From assembly GCA_947451445.1 (NCBI GenBank), contig CANFZJ010000001.1:1-32302 (forward strand): a stretch of DNA of 32,302 nt, written 5' to 3'. The notes beneath the pieces are model-generated. The model was not told the DNA's origin. It searched no databases and worked only from the letters and a program-made list of their open reading frames with translations. This DNA comes from Comamonadaceae bacterium (lineage in GTDB: Bacteria > Pseudomonadota > Gammaproteobacteria > Burkholderiales > Burkholderiaceae_C). Shown here piece after piece: positions 27,251-32,302 of this stretch. A program made the translations under genes and the position numbers. Numbering within the stretch: position 1 is the first letter of the stretch; the number at the start of each line of letters is the position of its first letter.

Positions 27251-28174
27251 ATGCTGTCACAACGTTCATCGGTCGGAATCATTGGCGTCGGCTGGGTCGG
27301 GGCCAGTGTGGCCATCTCGGTGCTGCAGTCGGGCGCGGCGCAGGAGCTGGTGTTGTTCGATGTGCGCCCCGGTCTGGCCGAGGGTGAGGCGATGGACCTG
27401 GCGCAGGGGGCTTCGTTCTACCCGTCGGCCACGGTGCGGGCTGGTTCCATCGACGAGATGCTGGGCACCGACGCCATCGTCATTACTGCGGGCAAGGGCG
27501 GTGCGCCCGGCCAGTCGCGGCTGGATTTGTTGAAAGAGAACCTGGGCATCCTGCGCGGCATGGCCCAGCAGCTGCGCACTTACCAGGGCGTGGTGGTGAT
27601 CGTCTCGAACCCGGTGGATGTGCTGGTGTACGACTTCACCCAGGCCTCGGGCCTGCCACCTGAGCGCGTCATCGGCACCGGCACCATGCTGGACACTACC
27701 CGGCTGCGCCAGATGCTGGGCCAGCGGCTGGCACTGGACCCGCGTTCTATCCACGCCCAGGTGGTAGGCGAACACGGTGACTCAGAGGTGGTGCTGTGGT
27801 CCGGCGCGGACATCGGTGGCGTGCCGCTGCGCAGCTGGCCGGGCTGGCAGCCGGACGACGAGGCCCGCATGGCCCACGCAGTGCGCCGCGCTGCGTATGA
27901 AATCATCCAGCGCAAAGGCTCCACCAACCACGCCATCGGGCTGGTCACGGCATCGCTGTTGCACAGCATGCTGCGTGGTGAACGCCGGGTGTTGACCGTG
28001 TCGCGCGTGCAGACTGGCGCACTGGGCCTGCACGGCGTGGCCCTGTCGCTGCCCAGCATCGTCAGTGCGCAGGGGGCCGTAGAGGTGCTGGCGCCAGCGC
28101 TGGATGCAGCGGAGCAGGCGGCGCTGGACGCCTCGGCGGCGGTGCTGCGCCAGGCGATTGCGGCTGCGGGGTAG
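27251..28174 (+). CDS. ldh: L-lactate/2-hydroxyacid dehydrogenase (LDH/MDH family)
   Basis: GVGWVG, EGEAMDL, SNPVD, GTGTMLDTTR and GEHGDS motifs; ATG 27251 after AAGGAG. Confidence 0.85.
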   Translation: MLSQRSSVGIIGVGWVGASVAISVLQSGAAQELVLFDVRPGLAEGEAMDLAQGASFYPSATVRAGSIDEMLGTDAIVITAGKGGAPGQSRLDLLKENLGILRGMAQQLRTYQGVVVIVSNPVDVLVYDFTQASGLPPERVIGTGTMLDTTRLRQMLGQRLALDPRSIHAQVVGEHGDSEVVLWSGADIGGVPLRSWPGWQPDDEARMAHAVRRAAYEIIQRKGSTNHAIGLVTASLLHSMLRGERRVLTVSRVQTGALGLHGVALSLPSIVSAQGAVEVLAPALDAAEQAALDASAAVLRQAIAAAG

Positions 28175-28239
28175 TTTTATAGGCTTTTAGCCATTCTGCG
28201 CATATTCCATATGCGCAGGTGGCTATTAATTAGATAGCA
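28175..28239 (-). repeat. Double-hairpin REP-like repeat, copy 5, between convergent ldh and dgoA
   Basis: CTGCGCATAT-TCC-ATATGCGCAG then GCTAT-taattag-ATAGCA. Confidence 0.8.
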
Positions 28240-28242
28240 ATT

Positions 28243-28881
28243 TTATTTTTGCACCTGGCAGCCCAGCCAGGCTGCTACAAACCCTGCTGCCCGTTCGCGT
28301 ACCTGCTCTGCGCTGGTGCCGGGCGCATACAGCTGGCCGCCGATGCCGAAGCCGGTGGCCCCCACCTTGACCCAGGCCGCCATGCTCTCGGGCGTGACGC
28401 CGCCGACCGGCCAGATGGGCGTGCCGCTGGGCAATACCGATAGCAGCGCCTTCAGGCCTGCGGTGCCGACCTGTTCGGCGGGGAATATCTTCAGCGCGTG
28501 GGCACCTGCGTCCAGCGCGGCAAAGGCTTCGCTGGGGGTGGCGATGCCGGGGGCGCTGAACAGGCCTGCGGCCACGCTATAGCGGATCACCTCGGGGTTG
28601 CAGTTGGGTGACACGATGAGCTGGCCGCCTGCGGCTTGCACGGCGTCTACGTCCGACGTGCGCAGCACGGTGCCTGCGCCCACCAGTGCGTCGCTGGGGG
28701 CGATAGCACGCAGCCGGGTAATGCATTCCAGCGCGCCGGGGCGGTTCAGCGGTACTTCCAGGATGCGAAAACCGGCGTCGAACAGGGCGCTGCCGACCGC
28801 TTCGGCAGAGGCAGGGTCCAGGCCGCGCAGGATGGCGACCAGGGGCAGGCGGGAGGCAGGGGGTGTGGTGTGGTTAGACAT
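28243..28881 (-). CDS. dgoA: 2-dehydro-3-deoxy-6-phosphogalactonate aldolase
   Basis: True start MSNHTT at 28881. LPLVAILRG, LEVPLN, GAGTV, LIVSPN, LKIFPA and PVGG motifs. Confidence 0.9.
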   Translation of the reverse strand: MSNHTTPPASRLPLVAILRGLDPASAEAVGSALFDAGFRILEVPLNRPGALECITRLRAIAPSDALVGAGTVLRTSDVDAVQAAGGQLIVSPNCNPEVIRYSVAAGLFSAPGIATPSEAFAALDAGAHALKIFPAEQVGTAGLKALLSVLPSGTPIWPVGGVTPESMAAWVKVGATGFGIGGQLYAPGTSAEQVRERAAGFVAAWLGCQVQK

Positions 28882-28883
28882 AT

Positions 28884-29807
28884 TCAGCTGTGGTTTTTGA
28901 TGAAATGGAAGCCGCTCAGAATCACGTCGCGCGGGGCCAGTACCTGCAGGCTGCAGCCTAGCTGGCGGGCGGCCACTTGGTAGGTTTCTGCCAAGGCGGG
29001 AGAGCCGATCAGGTGCAATGGGGTGCTGCGGTCCAGGTCGCGCAACACGTCTTGCAGCTCGCTGCCGATCAGCAGGCCGCTCAAATACGCCTGGGCCTGG
29101 GTGGCGGGCATGTCGCCGCTGACCACGCGGGCGCGGGCTGAAAACAGCTGGTTCGCCAGCGCGCCGGGGATACCCGCAGCTACGCCGTCGGCAAACGCGG
29201 GCTGGCTCCACAGTGCGCCGTTGCCTGAGCCTGTTGTGGGTGTGGGTTGGGCCGCCGCGGCCAGCGTGCCGTGGCTGGACAGCAGGGCGAACAGCTCGCC
29301 CGTCATATAGGTGCGCAGCTGCTGGATGCGGCCGTCTTGCAGCAGCACCCATTTGCTGTGCGTGCCGGGCAGCACAAACCAGCCGTCGCGCAGGCCCATG
29401 GCCACGGCGCCGAGCAGCTGGGTTTCTTCGCCGCGCATCACGTCGGGCTGACCCTGGGCGTTGCGCACGCAGTAGCCGGGTACGATGCGCCGCTGCGGTT
29501 GGCCGGGGATGGATACGAGATGCTGCGGCAGGGCTTCCAGTGCCACTTCCGGGCCCAGGTACGGGGCTTCTTGCCAGCCAAAAGCACTGCCCACCATGCC
29601 GGACATGACGACTTCGCAGTCGATGGGGGAGGGGGTTAGCGTGGGCAGCCAGTCGGCCAGCGACTGGGCGTGGCGGCCACGGGTGGTGAGTGCACCTTGG
29701 TCGTCGTCCGCTTGCGCGGTGCAATGGCCTGCGGTGTCGAGTACGTAAGCGCGGCGGTGGGTGGTACCCCAGTCCACGCCGACCCAGGGGGTGTCAGTTT
29801 TTGCCAT
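28884..29807 (-). CDS. dgoK: 2-dehydro-3-deoxygalactonokinase
   Basis: VDWGTT, GMVGS..GWQEAPY, DVMRGEETQ, LPGTHSKW, TYMTGELF and LSGLLIG.E motifs. Confidence 0.95.
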   Translation of the reverse strand: MAKTDTPWVGVDWGTTHRRAYVLDTAGHCTAQADDDQGALTTRGRHAQSLADWLPTLTPSPIDCEVVMSGMVGSAFGWQEAPYLGPEVALEALPQHLVSIPGQPQRRIVPGYCVRNAQGQPDVMRGEETQLLGAVAMGLRDGWFVLPGTHSKWVLLQDGRIQQLRTYMTGELFALLSSHGTLAAAAQPTPTTGSGNGALWSQPAFADGVAAGIPGALANQLFSARARVVSGDMPATQAQAYLSGLLIGSELQDVLRDLDRSTPLHLIGSPALAETYQVAARQLGCSLQVLAPRDVILSGFHFIKNHS

Positions 29808-29827
29808 ATTTGCCTCGGTTTTTGATA

Positions 29828-29841
29828 TTGTATGATTTATT
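29828..29841. promoter_or_regulatory. Candidate FadR/DgoR operator 1
   Basis: TTGTATGATTTATT, exactly repeated at 30670-30683. Confidence 0.6.
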
Positions 29842-29869
29842 ATCTGATTTTTGAAGGAGTTTGTTGCCT

Positions 29870-30628
29870 ATGAAAACGCCTTCTGGCCACCACACGGCGG
29901 CTACCTACTCGGGTCGCAACCGGCACGGGCAGCTGGTGGAGACCTTGGGGCACGCGGTGCTGGGGGGGGTCTACCCGGCGGGCGAGCTGCTGCCCAATGA
30001 AGAGGTGTTGTGCCGCACTTTGGATGTCAGCCGCACGGCACTGCGCGAAGCCATCAAGGTGCTGGCGGCCAAGGGTTTGCTGGAGTCGCGGTCCCGCGTG
30101 GGCACCTGGGTGCGGCCGGAGGCGGGCTGGAACATGCTGGACCCGGATGTGCTGTCCTGGCGCTGTGCCACCGGGCCGGATGCGCAGTTTTTACGCCACC
30201 TGACCGAGATGCGTGAAATTGTCGAGCCCGCTGCTGCTGCCCTGGCGGCACGCAGCCGCAGCCCGGAGCAGTTGGCGGCGCTGGAGCAGGCGTTTCAGGC
30301 GATGGAGGCTGCCAAGGATGTGGGGGAGTGGGTGGTGGCCGACCTGGCGTTTCACAGCGCGATTCTGCAGGCTACCAACAACCCGTTGCTGGTGCCTTTG
30401 GTGGCCATCATTGGCAGTGCGCTGGAGTCGCTGTTGGGTATTTCTGCGCGGAAAGCGGGGGGCTTCAACGATGCGCTGCCCGACCACCGCAAGGTGCTGG
30501 ATGCCGTGCGGGCGGGCGACCCGCAGCGCGCCCTGCACCGTATGGCGGTCATGCTGCAAGACACGCGTGACCTGATGCAGCGCTCGGAGATGCTGCCTGC
30601 GGATGCGCTGGGGCCTATACCCATCTAG
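29870..30628 (+). CDS. GntR/FadR-family regulator (DgoR-like)
   Basis: LPNEEVLC..VSRTALREAIKVLAAKGL..WNMLDPDVLSW; FCD domain DLAFH..ATNN. Start could be TTG 29861/29864. Confidence 0.9.
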   Translation: MKTPSGHHTAATYSGRNRHGQLVETLGHAVLGGVYPAGELLPNEEVLCRTLDVSRTALREAIKVLAAKGLLESRSRVGTWVRPEAGWNMLDPDVLSWRCATGPDAQFLRHLTEMREIVEPAAAALAARSRSPEQLAALEQAFQAMEAAKDVGEWVVADLAFHSAILQATNNPLLVPLVAIIGSALESLLGISARKAGGFNDALPDHRKVLDAVRAGDPQRALHRMAVMLQDTRDLMQRSEMLPADALGPIPI

Positions 30629-30669
30629 CCAACCTAGGGTTTGTGCGTAGTGGTGGGTGGATGGTTTAT

Positions 30670-30688
30670 TTGTATGATTTATTCATAC
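30670..30688. promoter_or_regulatory. Candidate FadR/DgoR operator 2
   Basis: TTGTATGATTTATT, extended as GTATGA-N5-TCATAC, upstream of the dehydratase. Confidence 0.6.
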
Positions 30689-30710
30689 GCAACACACCGC
30701 ACCCACCACC

Positions 30711-32302
30711 ATGACTACCGAAGATCCCAAAAAACGCCGTTCCCAGCATTGGTTTGGCGGCACCAGCAAAGACAACTTCATCCACCGCAGCTGGATGAAA
30801 AGCGAAGGCCTGCCGGACGACACCTTTGATGGCCGCCCCGTCATCGGCATTTGCAACACCTGGAGCGAGCTCACACCCTGCAACCAGCACTTCCGCCAGA
30901 TAGCAGAGCGCGTCAAGCACGGCGTGCTGCAGGCGGGCGGCGTGGCGGTCGAATTCCCGGTGTCGTCGCTGGGCGAAACCCTGATGCGTCCTACCGCCAT
31001 GCTGTACCGCAATCTGGCCAGCATGGATGTGGAAGAAGCCATCCGCGCCCATCCGCTGGACGGCGTGGTGCTGCTGGCGGGCTGCGACAAAACCACCCCT
31101 GCCACGCTGATGGGCGCAGCCAGTGTCGATTTGCCCACGCTGGTGGTGTCCGGCGGGGCCATGCTGAACGGCAACTACCGGGGCGAGCCAATCGGCTCGG
31201 GCACCCATGTGTGGAAGTTCTCTGAAGCCGTGCAGGCGGGCACCATGACCCTGCCGCAGTTCATGAAGGCCGAAAGCTGCATGTCCCGCTCTGCAGGCGT
31301 GTGCATGACCATGGGCACGGCCAGCACCATGGCCAGCATGGTCGAGGCGCTGGGCGTGTCGCTGCCCACCAATGCCGCCATTCCGGCGGTCGATTCGCGC
31401 CGCCTGGAGCTGGCGCAGCGCTCGGGCCGCATGATAGTGGACATGGTGCACCGCGACATGCGTTTGTCGCAGGTACTGACCCGCGAGGCGTTTGAAAACG
31501 CGATTCGCGTCTGCGGCGCCATCGGCGGATCGACCAACGCCGTGATCCACCTGATTGCCATCGCCGGGCGCATGGGTGTGCCCCTGTCGCTGGACGACTG
31601 GGACCGCCTGGGCCGCGATATCCCGACCATCGTCAACCTGATGCCGTCGGGCGAGTATTTGATGGAAGACTTTTACTACGCCGGTGGTCTGCCAGTGGTG
31701 ATGAAGCGCCTGCTGGACGCGGGCCTGCTGCACGGCGACGCCATCACCGTCAACAACCAGACCCAGGCGCAGAACGTCGAACACGCCGAATGCTTCAACG
31801 ACAAGGTGATTCGCCCACTGGACAAACCGCTGGTAGAGCAGGGCGGCCTGGCCATTTTGCGTGGCAACCTGGCCCCGCAGGGCGCGGTGATCAAGCCGTC
31901 GGCCGCTACCGCCAGCCTGCTGCAGCACCGAGGCCGTGCGGTGGTGTTCGAGAACATCGAGCATTACAAAGAGCGCATCAACGATCCGGATCTGGACATC
32001 GACGCCAGCTGCGTGATGGTGCTGAAGAACTGCGGCCCCAAGGGCTACCCCGGCATGGCCGAGGTGGGCAATATGGGCCTGCCGCCCAAGGTGCTGAAAA
32101 CCGGCGTGACCGACATGGTGCGCATATCGGATGCCCGCATGAGCGGCACGGCCTTTGGCACGGTGGTGCTGCACGTGGCCCCCGAAGCCGCTGCCGGTGG
32201 CCCGCTGGCCCTGGTGCAGGACGGCGACGAGATCGAGCTGGACGTGGCGGGCCGGGGTCTGCACCTGCATGTGAGCGATGAGGAGCTGGCCCGCCGCCGC
32301 GC
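30711..32302 (+). CDS. IlvD/Edd-family [2Fe-2S] sugar-acid dehydratase (L-arabinonate/D-galactonate type), 3'-partial
   Basis: Manual translation MTTEDPKKRRSQHWFGG..HRSWMK..GRPVIGICNTWSELTPCN, GCDKT, CMTMGTASTM, GYPGMAEVGNM and SDARMSGT. Confidence 0.92.
   Translation, partial: MTTEDPKKRRSQHWFGGTSKDNFIHRSWMKSEGLPDDTFDGRPVIGICNTWSELTPCNQHFRQIAERVKHGVLQAGGVAVEFPVSSLGETLMRPTAMLYRNLASMDVEEAIRAHPLDGVVLLAGCDKTTPATLMGAASVDLPTLVVSGGAMLNGNYRGEPIGSGTHVWKFSEAVQAGTMTLPQFMKAESCMSRSAGVCMTMGTASTMASMVEALGVSLPTNAAIPAVDSRRLELAQRSGRMIVDMVHRDMRLSQVLTREAFENAIRVCGAIGGSTNAVIHLIAIAGRMGVPLSLDDWDRLGRDIPTIVNLMPSGEYLMEDFYYAGGLPVVMKRLLDAGLLHGDAITVNNQTQAQNVEHAECFNDKVIRPLDKPLVEQGGLAILRGNLAPQGAVIKPSAATASLLQHRGRAVVFENIEHYKERINDPDLDIDASCVMVLKNCGPKGYPGMAEVGNMGLPPKVLKTGVTDMVRISDARMSGTAFGTVVLHVAPEAAAGGPLALVQDGDEIELDVAGRGLHLHVSDEELARRR

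Noticed and set aside
28882-29724. 493-aa ORF suggesting an extended or fused DgoA
   Set aside because: The upstream 281 codons are an Arg/Pro-rich alternative frame of dgoK; DgoA homology starts at Met 28881.
30666-32270. 534-aa minus-strand ORF
   Set aside because: Antisense shadow of the IlvD/Edd dehydratase, which is absent from the ORF track only because it runs off the window.

Overview
GC-rich betaproteobacterial chromosomal window (Comamonadaceae/Rhodoferax-like, inferred from gene content and repeat style). Left end: kefC (partial) and kefF, with a divergent orphan parA. Centre (about 3.4-22.9 kb): an aromatic ester/alcohol/aldehyde 'upper pathway' block. It contains a XylR/DmpR-type sigma-54 activator, an aryl-aldehyde dehydrogenase, a CalA-like coniferyl alcohol dehydrogenase, a DUF1302-DUF1329-YCF48-MMPL envelope module, a chemoreceptor, an HSL esterase, an orphan periplasmic binding protein, an AraC regulator, a GFA protein, a Zn aryl-alcohol dehydrogenase, DUF2917 and a MocR regulator. 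This block is bracketed by a ~500-bp direct repeat carrying a BON-domain gene, with a CTAG-flanked MITE outside each repeat copy. Right part: a Tat-lipoprotein combining SLH, metallo-beta-lactamase and cadherin-like domains with a divergent TetR, an LDH-family enzyme, and a De Ley-Doudoroff-type sugar-acid cluster (dgoK, dgoA, FadR regulator, partial IlvD/Edd dehydratase). A ~60-bp double-hairpin repeat occurs five times: once in-frame inside kefC and once interrupted by the MITE. The DUF1302 gene has a 1-bp frameshift near its 3' end. All family assignments come from motif recognition; no database search was run.
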